A stretch of DNA of 64,000 nucleotides from Nageia nagi (GCA_050084985.1 JBITNC010000001.1:34348001-34412000), one strand, 5' to 3'; positions 1-13,100 are shown, counted from the stretch's first letter. A program made the numbers and translations. The notes: generated by a model not told the origin, from the sequence alone.

Positions 1-366
1 GTAAATAGTCCAATTTTTCACAAAATGTCTAATCCTCTACAAATGACCCGAAATGGGTTATATATAGTTTTAGAGCAACTCTAAATGTTGCCCTAACCCC
101 AATTGCAACTTACGAGAAAATAAAATATGGTCCAATCAAAATACGCCACATGGCATCACAAAATATCTTCCAAGTTTGTGGGAGCAAATCCTCATCCATC
201 ACAAACTTGGGAATTATTAACAGATAAATTCAAGTTTCCAATCATAACTATGAAATAAAATATAGCAAGCATTGTGACTAGGCATTTGGTGGGCCCAACG
301 CCTCTACACGCCCCTCAAAGTCATCATCTAGGAATTTAGTTGTGAGCTCCAATCCATGCAGTATCT

Positions 367-3300
367 CTAATAACCTAGGTTTGTTTCTTGGCCATGTAGC
401 GCTCCACCTTGTCTACTATCCTCAACATATCCTTCTCCATGCATGAGCTTTAAGCAAATGGTCCAAGTGACTGCCAATTTGGAATGTGTTGATATGTTCA
501 TCATAATCAAGCTGTGAAGGAAGTGCCTCACTTCTGCCACCACCAGGTCTTTGTCTCGGATGCCTGCATCATCATCAAGGAACTTTACCTGGAACTCCAT
601 TTGCTCAAGGCAAGTGTTTGCTTTGTCATTGAGCTTCTGCACATCCTTTTGCACCTCTTGGAATTGAGTGGCTATTTGATTGACCACACCCAAATAGAAC
701 CAATATTCTTCACAGAACTTCATGTCTTCTGGCCTGCGATTTTGTGTCATCTCAAATTGCATGATCATGTGCCACCTAGAATCCAAAACTCTGAGAAAAT
801 TGGTTCTCTCTACAATGATATCTTTGAGATTCTGCTCCTCGAGTGTTACCCTCTCCATGCTCCAATAAATCGCTGAACTACTGCCAAGACCTCATCTATG
901 TGCTTTTGTTTCACCGCAATCATACCCTCCTTAAGTGGCTTGATCTTTCGGAGTTCTTCGATGGGTACTTTAGCTGACTCCAATTCTTTTGTCAACTTTT
1001 TTTGTGCGGCTAACTCCTTCTTGAGGCCGTTAATCTCCTTATCTTTCATCATACCATCTTCGGTGATGGCTTTAGCATTGGAGATGATTGCATGTTTCCG
1101 ACCAGCCAAATTGATTGGACCTGTATTAATGATCTGGTTAATCTGCCTGAGGTCTTCTGGGCGTTGTGGGTTCTCCTTGTTGGCTATAATAGTCTTAATG
1201 TGTATAGCATTATCGGCTAAGTGGACATACGTCTGGGTTTTCTTGGATGGGTGGAGCTTTCTCCTACTTGGTCATCCTTTTCCCCTACTCCAAATTCTTT
1301 TTCGACGTCCATATTGAACACATCAAGGCACTTCTCCATGTTGACACCCCACTCATTCGTGGGTGATGGCTGATAAGTATCCACAACGGCCTCTTGATTG
1401 GCAACGGTGTTCCTCTTTATTCTCTTTGAGGGTCTCTCCTCTTCCTGTTCATCATGCCGATCATCTGAAGCTCCTGTGGGCTGGGACTACGGAGTCCTCT
1501 TCAATTGAGCCCTCCTTTGTACTATCTCTGAAATTGGTTCTCTGCTTCTCTCTATAGATGGCCTTGGCATTGTATGCCTACAAGTCTCCTCTAAACTCTC
1601 CACGAACACATCTTGTTGCTACGCATCGGGGATCTCCTCATCCTGGACCATATTCTGCTCCTGTTCATCGTCCGATACTCCAATCTCTCCTTCCTCTTGG
1701 TTTTCATCAGCCCTATAAGAGGGACTGAAGGCTACTGACCAAGATGGTGGTACAACAGGTGACATTGCAGCTAAGGTGGCTCTAGGTGGTCTAGGTGGTC
1801 GAGAAGGATCTTGATGTCTATTTCGCACACACCTTACACCTTATTTGTGGCTACCCGCTCTAGTTCCCTTGCATCATGCTCATCCATGGTGACCTGCACT
1901 TGCCGTATAACTCGTTCAATTGGGTTCTTGCCATGCATGGTTGCATACTGTCCAACAAGTGTCTTGTTTACTAGAGAAGATATGGGTGATTCCTTTGTTC
2001 CGCGAGAGTCTCTTGCTAATTGTGGTTTCCACACAGGGTTGCTTATCACTTGCATTCTTGTGTACCCTTTCCCTTATCCTCCCGATCTCTACCTCATTGT
2101 TGATATTCCGGAAAGGTTCCTCATCTGCAAGTGGCTTATGTTCATAGGGTTTCTTCCTTTCCTTCATGAAGAATGAGTGCAACTTGTGGTCCAAATCATA
2201 GTGGTTGGTGGAAGGCATCTTCTTGAAGTTGAATCTAGCCAACTCTTCTTTCATAGCATCCACATCCGTCCAAAACTTACACTAGTACTCTCCCACAACG
2301 ATCGGCAAATTTGATGTAGCAGATTTCTTTTGCCACACCTGTTCGTGTAAAAAGGCCAATTGCCTCATCATCTCCATTAGCATAACCCTATTATTCACGA
2401 ACCTTCACAATTGATAGGGATGTACGGTTGATCCATGTATAAGAATATAAGAGAAGTGTTAGTGATGGAGGAAGAAATTGCCATGCTTCTTCAAAGCATC
2501 TTGGGCGGAATTGGAGATCTGTGCAACTATGATCTCTCCCTTAAGTTCCTTATATATCTCATATTCCCATCCATCGTTTTTCATTGTAAAACTATCCCAC
2601 CTTCTCTCTAACTTCTACTTGGGATAGTAAATTCCTCTTTCTACCCAAGCCATCCCACCCTTCACTATAACCTTGTATCTACCGTGGAGCAACATGTATA
2701 CCAAGTATGAATTGAGGTAGAATTTAGGAGTTGTATCAATAGATGACAACTAATCTGCTATTGAGTCGCTCAACACCTTGCTCCATCGGATCCTTCTGCC
2801 TCTAGCAATCTCAAGAATGAACCCAAAGAACTCCTTCCTAAATTTTGAAGCGTCTTCCTTCCCGAAAACTCTGGATAATAGGAGAATCATTAACTCGATT
2901 GCCAGGTTGAAGTTAGAGCGAGGAGCATTGATGAGTGCATTTCCCTTCAACACGTGATGTTCTTCGAACATTCAACTCTTAATAGCAATGGATGCCCTAG
3001 GAGTCTCTTGGTAGCATGCAAGTGACCTAGCTTCACTATATTCATAGTCACCCTCAGAAGTCCATTGAAATGTTGCTTTAATAGCTTTGGGGTGAAATTC
3101 CATAACGATGTCTCGGAGGATTCTCTCTCCCTTCTGCCAATGGTGACCGACTTCCATGCACAACTTAGGGAATGGGGTTGTGAACGGGATGAAGGTGCAG
3201 GTGGAGAGCCCAGAGAAGAAGACAATGTCCCGCTTTAGGTCGATGGAAGGAAGCCCACGAATGCTCTCCCTCATTTGCATGGGGTCTATGTTTTGCCAAT

Positions 3301-3436
3301 CAATATCTCCGATGGTTGTAAAACCATTCCTCGAAAACCTGGCCCCTTGGGGAGTCAACAGCCGAATTGCCTTAGAGGGAGTCATGGTATTTTCAATTGC
3401 GATGTGGCTCACCAAGGATGCTACGTGGGTTTCCAA
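367..3436 (-). pseudogene. Decayed ~1000-codon retroelement accessory ORF (possibly plant-mobile-domain-like N-terminal part, coiled-coil-like C-terminal part)
   Basis: ORF pieces 2972-3436, 2750-2971 and 1916-2263 share one frame and read through isolated stops (…KFYLNSYLVYMLL…HGNFFLHH*HFSYILIHG…RVMLMEMMRQLA…). Further pieces lie at 1619-1828, 846-1109 and 367-858. No gag, RT or INT motifs seen. Confidence 0.7.
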
Positions 3437-3606
3437 GTGAGAATAACCCTCACGTGATGGTAGCTAACCTCCCAAATGCTTGCACAAGCCTTAAGATGCA
3501 CTAATGAAGATGTTTGGATGCAAAAATCTTCAATTTCTTGCTATTTTGGTCCAACGGTAAAAGTGGAGCAAGTTTTGAATTTGGGAAAATGAGGTTCCAA
3601 AGCTTG

Positions 3607-3614
3607 TATTTATA
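3607..3614 (-). promoter_or_regulatory. Putative TATA box for the internal ORF
   Basis: GGCTATAAATACAAG on the minus strand ~170 nt upstream of the ORF and just downstream of the palindrome array. Confidence 0.5.
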
Positions 3615-4481
3615 GCCAATTTGTCTCCCACCTTGCCCTAGTCGGATAGGGTTTCTATCAAACCTGATCATAGCCTTTTATCTGGCCGACCTCGAGATGT
3701 GTGCCGATTCAGAAACTCATGCCATGCCTCTTGTGTCTAGATGTTGGGGTCCAGAAGATCATCCAAGCTTGGCGCATAGGCAAAAAAGACAGAAAAGTGA
3801 CTTTTTAAACCATGTGCCAACCTTGGAAGGGGCTATGCTCCCAACGTTGGGTCTCCTGGTCATATGCTTGCTTGCTTTGATCTTCCAACTCACCCATTAA
3901 CCTGATTTCTCTCGATTTTTGTTCTTGCAGTTGGCTGAATTTATCAATTTTGATGCTTCATTTCAAACTGGGCAACCTATAGGCTTGACGCATGCTTTCA
4001 AAAGTCAAGATTGTTACTTTTTGAGGCTTGCCTGCCCCTCCAGCTTGGTCACATGGTTCAAAAAGACAAGATTAGTCAAGATTGTGACTTTTTGAGGCTT
4101 GCCTGCCCCTCCAGCTTGGTCGCATGTTTTTGTCTTTTTGAAACATTCGCCAGCCTCTTGTTGGCCTATTTTGCAAATTTTGATCTTCAAATGCTCATGC
4201 CTTAGCCAAATTTTCATGCTTCTCAAATCTTGGATGCTTCTTGGGCTTGGCCCATGCCTCAAAAAGTCAAGAATTTGTCTTTTGAGGTCATGCACTAGCC
4301 CCCCTGGATATGCTTGAATTGGTTTTGAGTTCCCCGGGTCCATGCCTTGTCAAATTTTCACTTTCTATCAGACTAAAAGCCCTTTCAAACTTGGCGCATG
4401 GTTCAAAAAGACAAGATTTTGTCTTTTCGAGGTATGCGCCAACCTCTTGGGTGACTTAGATTCTTTTTCCAGCATCCAAAC

Positions 4482-6438
4482 TGTTGGACTTCGAGTGACA
4501 CTGAGAGGGAGGGGTGAATCAGTGTATAAAAAAATTAATCAATTTAATGTTCTTAAATAAAGACAGATTAAAAGCCAGAGAAAATTGAGCAAGCACACCA
4601 AGTACATCACACCACCAGATATAACGAGGTTCACCAGATTGGCTACATCCCCGAAAATGACTGCTTGGACTCCAATCCAAATCCAGTCATTAAAGAAAGC
4701 TTACAGATTCACAGCACCAACTGTGAAGGGTAGCACCAACTACCACTTTTAAAAAAAATAGCAGCACCTACTGCTTGGAGCACCAACTCCAACTCTCAAG
4801 CACCCACTTGATACAACATTCAAAGAGGAGGAAAGAATACAGTTCTAGAAGACCCTCAATGGTCTAGCTTTAATGCTCATTGTTTGATCTCTGCACACAG
4901 CTCCAAAGTAACACAGTTAAACAATCACTATCCTCTCTGCATATTCGTTTGCTCACTTCACATTCTCCTGATACTCCCCTCTTCCACGCTCTTGCCTCGT
5001 CTGCCTCCCTTCTCTACTCACCCCTCTTTTCACTAAATCTACAATCCACTCTTCACGTCCTTTCCTGCAACCGTTACACATCAAGAAAACCCCTCACGAA
5101 ACTATTCCTGTCATCACACATTATCCAAAAACAAACTGAAAAGAAATCTTTATTTGTAACTGCTCCTGCACTAAGAGAGTTCACTATCTGAGACTGCAAC
5201 TGCTGTAACTGACGAATGCTCCTATTGCTCAAACAGAATTGTTCAGACAAGTATAGCTCTTTCTCCACTAATTTTGGAGATTTGACAGTATCTAATTATT
5301 TCTTATAATCCCGGACTCTTTTCTTCTTCATAATGGTAATTCTAGGTTTCTCTTTTTTTTGTCTAGCCTTAGTTCCGGAGTCTCTTTCTATAGCCTAGAG
5401 ATTGACTAGCTTACCGGATGTTTATTGTGTACACCATGATGTCATCATCTCCGGACTCCGGAAGAGAGTTCCAATGTATCTGCGTGGCCTTTCGGACTTT
5501 TCAACACCAACTGCTAACGTCATCTTCTCTGGACTCCGGAAGTAGAGTAAAATGCTTCCCACGATGTCCGTGCTGATGTCATTTCCGGAAAAAAGAAACA
5601 ATCACATATGCTCAACAGACTGTGATCTGACTTCTCGCTGTCCTTGTCGCTTCCGAGATATTCTATGTACTGGCTCCGGCTATTTGATCTCTCTTTGCTG
5701 TTCTCATCTCTACATTCTGGAATGTTTTACTCACTGGCTCTGGTTATTTGATCACTCCTTGCTGACCTCATCATCTCCGGGACCCAATTTCATTCAAAAA
5801 TGTGAACGTTGTTCTCCCCGTGACATCATCTTCATGCTTCCGGAATGCTTTACTCACTTTCTCCGGAACCCGATTTTTTTTTTTTACAACTGAGCTTTTA
5901 TCATTTCATTCCGGAACGCTTAATCTACTGACTCCGGCCTTTTAATCACCCCTTGCTGACCTCATCATCTCCGGAACCCGGTTTCATTCAAAAATGTGAA
6001 CATCGTTCTTCCCGTGACGTCATCTCTTCCCTCCGGAATGTTTTACTCACTGGTGCCGGCTATTTGATCGCTCCTTGCTGACCTCATTACTTCCGGGCTC
6101 CGATTTTGGGTTAAGGCCCGAAATCGCTGACGTCATCTCTTCCGGAACGCTTTATTTACTAACCCCGACTTTTCAATTCTCCTTGCTGACCTCATCACCT
6201 CCGGACTCCGGTTTTGGGTTAAGGCCCGAAATCGCTGACGTCATTTCTTCCGGAACGCTTTATTTACTAACCCCAGCTTTTCAATTCTCCTTGCTGACTT
6301 CATCACTTCCGGAACCCGGTCTTTACCAAAACCACGTCACTTCCGAAACCCGGTCTTTACCAAAACCACGTCACTTCCGGAACCCGGTCTTTACCAAAAC
6401 CACGTGTTGACAACAATGACAATCACACATTCTCAACA
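4482..6438 (-). mobile_element. Solo LTR, Ty1/copia SIRE-like
   Basis: TGTTG...CAACA termini; perfect TSD CAAAC (4477-4481 and 6439-6443); C-rich ATTCACCCCTCCCTCT motif near the 3' end on the minus strand. Confidence 0.85.
5700..6405. repeat. Tandem repeats inside the solo LTR: ~108-bp units and 3 x 34-bp units, rich in TCCGGA and TGACGTCA
   Basis: 108-bp units at ~6073-6290; CACTTCCGGAACCCGGTCTTTACCAAAACCACGT x3 at ~6304-6405. Confidence 0.85.
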
Positions 6439-7097
6439 CAAACTTCCTTGTCTTTTTGAACCATGTGCCAGCCTCTTGGGTGAATTAGATTCTTTTTCCA
6501 GCATCCAAACTTCCTCAACTTGTCCTTTTGGTCAAATCACATGGTTCAAAAAGACAAGATTTTGTCTTTTTGAGGCATGCACCAACCTCCTGGTGTCTTT
6601 GCCTTAGGATTATTGCCCCTTCTTCTGGTTCAGAATACTTCCTATCTCTGGCGCATGCTCAAGAAAGTCAAAATTTCGTCTCTTGGAGGCATGCGCTGGG
6701 CTTGCAAGTGCTCAGACTTCATCTTCGAACCTTCCCTCTCACCTGAGTTGCATGGTTCAAAAGGATAAGATTCTATCTTTTTGAAGCATGCACCAGCCCT
6801 TGGGAATGCCTAGTTTGACTTGATTAGCTTCCGGCTTGTCTTGGACTTCCTAATTTACCTAGATTCAACTTTTACTCTTCCCGAACTTAGCCATTCTAAA
6901 GAATTTGCAATTTCTATTTTATCATGGCTAACTCTAACGAAGGGAGAGGCTATGAACTTTGAGTAGTCCATGAATTAGGGTCTCGATGATGCAACATGGG
7001 GAGTAAAGACAACAACAAAACGAAGTATATACAAAGGTGTGCTTGAGGGTCACCAAAATCACAGGATTTTGGGGCATGTTGTATTCTAGTCACAACA

Positions 7098-8554
7098 CTT
7101 TGTTGAGTGGATGTCCATATGCTTTCCCTTGTTGTTGCTTTTGAAGCAACCATTTCTTCATCCATAGTAAGGAACCTCCATGGTTCCTCTTTGCACAATG
7201 TTACCTCTATGAGACAACTCCCATTCTTCACTTTTGTCACTCCATGTGAGTGATCTCCATGCTCCACAATTGATGTCTCCATAGTCATTACAACTTGAAG
7301 ATCATCAAGCTCTTCAATTTCTTTTTCATTTTCTATCTCACCAATGAGATAGTCTTCTTCACATAAAACAGTCTTCACTCTTGATGAGTGATCTTCTTCA
7401 CACAATTCAAACATAAAACTGATAGCTTTCTTCTCAGCTTCATTTATGACCTCTCTTGGATCAATATCCCATATTGCCTCTTCAAGAAAATCATCATTCA
7501 CTCCAAATGAATGAATTTCATAATATCCATCCACCTAATGTGAATGGTCTTCAAGCAATGAACACTCCGTTGTAAGTGTTTCTCCTTCATCATTCAAATC
7601 TGCCCTCTTTGGACTACACTCTTCCATTCCAATCTTTTGGTTCTTCATACTCATCAATAATGTTATCCCAAAGTCCTCTTGCCATCAAAAAAGTCTTCAT
7701 TTTGATGCTCCAGAAATAATAATCCTCTCCGTTAAATTCTAGAACAATCAAATCTCATCCATGTTGCTGACCATCATACCAACAACAAAAAATACTCTTT
7801 TATAAAGATTTGATAAATCTCTACAAGAAGTTCCCAACTGGCTCTGAAACAAATCTCACACTCTCCAAATTATCTCTAATACCACATGTAAAATCTCAAT
7901 AGATTGACTACATAAACATTGAATCTAGTTCAGCTCAAACATTGGCAATAACCCTGGTAAGATTAATCCATTGTCTCAATGTACACAGCAAAAGCATAAA
8001 CACATTATCTCAAACATAAGAGCTGAGCAATATCCCCAAGATCAAGTCTGGGTTCAATCAAACAACCATGAAGCATTGAAGCAACTTTGGAGAAATAATC
8101 AATAACAATCCATTAACAAAATAAATATCTAAGTACTACAAATAAACAATGTATGTATCCTAATAGAATAACATACTACACACTTATGCTTACATGGAGC
8201 TCTTGATTCTACAACTCCCTAATGGAGTTTTACACTTGATACTACCATCCCACATTACAAGATTTATATAGGCTGATGAAAGCACTACAAAATAATATGA
8301 AATACTTGTGAATAACACAACAAACCAAACAAGAAATGCAATTGTAACAACCTAAGAAAATGACAAAAAACTTAAAAATAGTCGCACTCTGCCTGTGTAA
8401 CAGAGCAGATCGGTATGCATCAGACTGACTGGTACTGATAGTATGTCGATTGACTGACCAGTAGCCGATCTGCATAACTGATCAGTAGGCCGATTGGTCA
8501 ATTTGAAGGATTGGACCTGTGCTGTCGACTACAAAACAGAATGTTGTCTTTGAC
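7098..8554 (-). mobile_element. 5' part of an LTR retroelement (LTR ~7887-8554, tRNA-iMet PBS, acidic decayed ORF), interrupted by family A
   Basis: PBS-like TGGTATTAGAG (plus-strand 7874-7884) lies 2 nt from the LTR end at 7887. The outer LTR boundary at 8554 is uncertain. Confidence 0.6.
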
Positions 8555-9991
8555 AAATTTCTCAAGTTCCAACTTCCAAGGCTCAATTTTCCAATATATT
8601 GAACAGTTGTACTACAGTACAATGCATTCAGACGTGGATTGGAGTTGAGGAATGGTCTTATTAAAGCACATTCCAATGGGACACACGAAGCAGTTGACCA
8701 GTGTCTTAAGGCCCAATAAGATGCTCCACAAATCTATGATTTGATACCAATCTGCCCCAGCTGGATGCACTCGGATTACAAACCATGCATGGGATGAGAA
8801 GTCATCATCTATCCGATACCAAATAATCACTTGTGTGGGTCAAGTGGCAACTGCGAAGAACCTTTGTGGCCTTGGTGAGTGCACCAGTGGAGAATAAGCA
8901 TGTTGACAGATAGGTGTGGTCCAGAGCTGGGAACACCTTGATCTGTTCAGGCAGGAGTAATTACTAACCACCGGTGCCAAACAGGGCTCATACATTAGGC
9001 AAAACAATTTCCATGATACTAAGCATGAAAAGAAAATATAAACTTCCCCATCATCAAAGAAACAAACGCAAATTGATTGTGGTAACAAAATATATGCTTA
9101 TTATCTCATCAACTAGCAGCCTTATTGAATAATTTACAGTAGCATTTTTGGGTGTCCAAATCAAGCTCCTTTTCCAAGCAAGCATACAGAGATTTCTGAG
9201 ATCATGTTACAGTGTCTTGCTTGATCCATTCAATATTTCTACTCTAGAAGCCATCGGTTCATTTTTGCCATATATTGCATGATTTTGAGGTGTATACACA
9301 AATAAACTCCTGTTTGTTGAGTTCAGCTGAAGGTTCAGTCTCAACTCAAGTTTTTGGAGGAATGACACTATCAAGTCTCCTTGCCAGTTACACCCACGCA
9401 GCTCAAAGTTTTAGGCATCAAGTCGAAGACACTGGTTGTTTTCCTCAAAGCGAGGAAAATTTCATAGTGGCTCAAAGGGATGGACTGCGAGCCAATCATA
9501 GAGTATCCCTTACAGCTCCGTCTTCTCATGCTTCTGGCCTTAGTCCCTTGTGGATATCATCTAGACTTACTGTTACGTAATTTCTTTTTTGTTGGTGCTA
9601 GTACTTCGTAAATAGATTTTTGAAAAATATTATAATGGTTTTTATCGACCTATAAGACTAAAAAAATTAGTAAACATCCAATGCTTAAAATACTGGGAAC
9701 ATGCCAATTGTTACAGGGTTGAGGCCTATGCCACAAGAAAAATAAATGCCAGTAAACCTTCAATACATTGATTCACCTTTGAAACAATCAAGAGATTTTC
9801 ATTAAATTATTAAACAAAGAATAACTATAATCAGCCATATATCATATCTGGTTGACCAAGACTCAACAATCATCCATCTATATACTGCAGTTAGGTTTCC
9901 TCCATTCGAAATCTTAAGGGAGGATATTAAAGAATAAATTAACTTGATTCCAGTATATAGATAAATTGGGTTGTCCCCTTTTCCTGACTTT

Positions 9992-10151
9992 TTATGCGAG
10001 AAAAATAATAAATATCAAAATGAAAATGATAATAACAAAGAATATCTTGATAATAAGCCCCCTGTTTGAAGATACCCGTCTTAGGTGCTTTAAGAGTGCC
10101 CCTTGTGCTCCTTCCACATTACCCAATGTATCATCCATGTTATCATCTATC
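9992..10151 (-). CDS. SYP31: SYP31-like coding exon 6 (SNARE end plus TM anchor, stop)
   Basis: Acceptor GCGCAG|G; IDDNMDDTLGNVEGAQGALLKHLRRVSSNRGLIIKIFFVIIIFILIFIIFLA*; TAA at 9992-9994. Confidence 0.95.
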
Positions 10152-13100
10152 CTGCGCATTTATCATAAGGAGGATGTAGTGCGCTTCAGGACAAAACCAA
10201 AAAGAAGCACCGGTAGAATGGGGCAAGTATGCTTTTGGTCATGTTAATTATATCTGATTTTCAAAGTATGCTGTGTATGAATATGTAGTAACTACATATC
10301 AAATTAAACATATATGCACCAAAACACACAAATTCTAATTGGTCCAGAGAATGTCAATGGAGTTTCAAAACAAACATCATATACATGCATATGGTGAGTA
10401 TAATAGATGTAGTATACCTGATAGCCAACTCTCCTTGTTGAGCGACCATTGTAGCCAACTGTGTAAAAATATTGCCAAGTTCGGAAATTGTTGATTCAAC
10501 ATTCTGAAGAGCAGTTGCCCTAGAATGCATTTGGCTTTCTTGTGGTAAAATTTGTTGTTGCTGCATCTGCCTCTCCACCTGAAGAGATGAATGACCATCC
10601 GCACCAATTCGACGCCTACATTACACAACATAACCTGTGTTAGTGTCCCATGCAAAATAAGACATTGAACACAAAAATGCAACCAACTTAACAACTGAAT
10701 TTTTTCTCAGAAATATCAAGAATTACAAACCAGAGTATGATTCTATATTAGTGTCCTCAACATTGAAACCATAAAAGGTGCTTGCTATTCATTGCAAACT
10801 TCTGTTATTCAAATATTTTGGATTTGGTAATTGGAACCTCTTCATTGCTATTCATTGCCAACTTTTGTTATTCAAATATTTTGGATTTGGAAATTGGATA
10901 TAATTTTCTATTGCTAACTGCTCAGTTGTATTGCTTCGTGCTGCTACTTTTATTGTTCTATACAAGGGGATTTCACACACAATTTTGGTGTTTGCATTAG
11001 CTGAATTGTAACAATTGTATTGACCAATACAGGAGATAGTGCCATAAATGTAAACCCACAGAACCATCTCTGTTCCTGATCATACTATAGAAGTCCGTTA
11101 CACTTCAGGTATTTTATAAAATATAAAGCACTTTCGGGCTCTTAGTGCAACTACAATTCTTTGCAATCTGAGGGCATAGATGTTAGATGACCTGTTTGGG
11201 TTTCCAATAGTATTATTACCAAAATAAATTATGAGAAGAAAAAGATGGCTAAAGTTCAAGTTAAGCATATAACTAAGATCGTTTCATCTTATACTTTTTA
11301 CTTTACAATAAAATGAACCAAGCATAAATCATTCAAATAATGGGGAATTTGCTTGATTCATATAAACCAGGTCCAAAAGTAGCATTTGAGAGAAAGAAAA
11401 TTAGACAATCAGGAGAGTTTCTACATTAAAAATATATTTCAGATTCAGTGCTAAAGCAGACTTGGTGAACTTGAGTAAATATGGAATGTATACTCTGTCC
11501 TCACCTTAATTGACTGCTACTTGAATGATCAGATAATGGATTTCTGAGAAAACAAAGAAGAGCGAGTTAAAAATCAATTTCAGAACCAGATAATACGCAT
11601 ACACAGGCAAGATGTGCAAGAAATAAAAATAAAAACAATTATATCCACAATTTCACCGAAGGCGATATCTTAGAGGTAAATATCATAATATAACAATAAA
11701 TACAAATGTTGCATGAAGGCATATCCACCATAGATACAAGTAGAAATGTTGCTCTTAAAAGAAGCAGTGTAAGATTTGTTTTTCTTTTCCATTGAGAATC
11801 ATCAGTTAAAGCTCGGATTCAGCATCAAATTTAAACAGATTTTAACCCTCAAAACAGAATTTTGGATAAATATTTGAAGCAAAAATATTTTGTCTTAACA
11901 GTTTTCAGTAATTTGAACTTTAAAATGTTGAATGTCCCAAATAGGATAAAAATACTATTGTTAAAATATTCCAAATGGACAATAATTTTGACTTGTAAAA
12001 AAATTGTGGGTTTTTCATACAAAGATCGGTATCAGAAACTTCTTTGAAAGTGTTCCGTTCACCTCTGCCTTATTTTAACATTCAGCCAGCTACACAAGGA
12101 ATAAAACAAAGGTGTTCCACGATTATACTTATGCTTTCTTTGAAAAAGCCAACCACCTGTTGTTATTTTTGTAAACTCCCCCACAAAACAAACACGATTG
12201 GAGAGAATAACTTTGGAGTCATCCAAGGTATTGACTATTTAAATCAGTGTACCACCAAACCAATGTCAGGGTAGGGGTGGTAAGCCGTGGGGAGCAAAGA
12301 GCTTCACCTTGTTAGTAACTAAGGTATCCCTTCAATGATCTCTGTAGCACCTTGAGGTACCATAGAGTCACCTTCAGGTTGTAATCCTCCGGAAACGCAT
12401 ATGTACCTAACCAGGCTGACTAAAAAACATCCCCGTGTCATAGGTTAGACTACCGTGTTGTTTGTCTAAACCTTTAGCCTGAGAAAACATGGGCAACTGG
12501 TGGGGAGACATGAGTGTTACAGCATAAGGAAAATCTATTCCTACAAGCTCTTTGGCACCCTGAAGTATCCATCAGCAGTAATGGAGTGAATTCCCAAAGG
12601 AATTACCAGGACTCCTCAGTAACAGTGTTGGAGTGAACCCTCAAAGGATTCCAAGACTTTGTAGCAGTAGTGGTGGCTAGTTAAGCCAAGAGGATCGCCT
12701 CCAGCCTTTTCCAGGTCTCTCGTGATAGCAAGTGGGAAAGAAGAGCTTGCTCCCTCGACATGATCAATCTCAGCATGCCTCTAATGGTGCGCTCATCCTC
12801 CTTTATATAGGGGATCTTGGAAGTTGAAATGACATAATCATGAAGTGACTTAGCCGACCCAACTAGCTTTCACCTTGGAATCATGCAAATACATTATGGG
12901 ATCTCACAACACCCTCATTAATGGACAACCCACCTTGGGGTCATAATTGATATCTACAATATTACAAATATTAAAGGTGTCCACAACTTATGGTCAATTA
13001 CAAATTACACCTAATCATACTAAATCACTCCTAAGTATCCCTAGAAGAGGGGCATCCCATCTTAGTGTGCTCAATTACTCATTTGCAATGCACGCTTCCT

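Larger units (their letters stand above)
3771..6793. repeat. Array of imperfect ~40-48-bp palindromes with variable spacers (split by the insertion at 4482-6438)
   Basis: About 10 units with consensus GCATGgTTCAAAAAGACAA-GATT-TTGTCTTTTTGAGGCATGC, e.g. 4393-4440 and 6540-6579. Confidence 0.85.
1..7097 (-). mobile_element. Long LTR-like element (family A, copy 1) with palindrome array and internal decayed ORF; truncated by the window edge
   Basis: Begins TGTTGTGACT at 7097 on the minus strand, identical to the start of 17327..21227. The reverse complement of 1-240 aligns by eye with ~20270-20480. Shares the palindromic repeat with that copy. Confidence 0.75.

Noticed and set aside
6950-7534. 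194-aa ORF as a real gene
   Set aside because: It is chimeric, crossing the family A terminus at 7097.
9966-10247. Plus-strand 93-aa ORF
   Set aside because: It is the antisense shadow of SYP31 exon 6.
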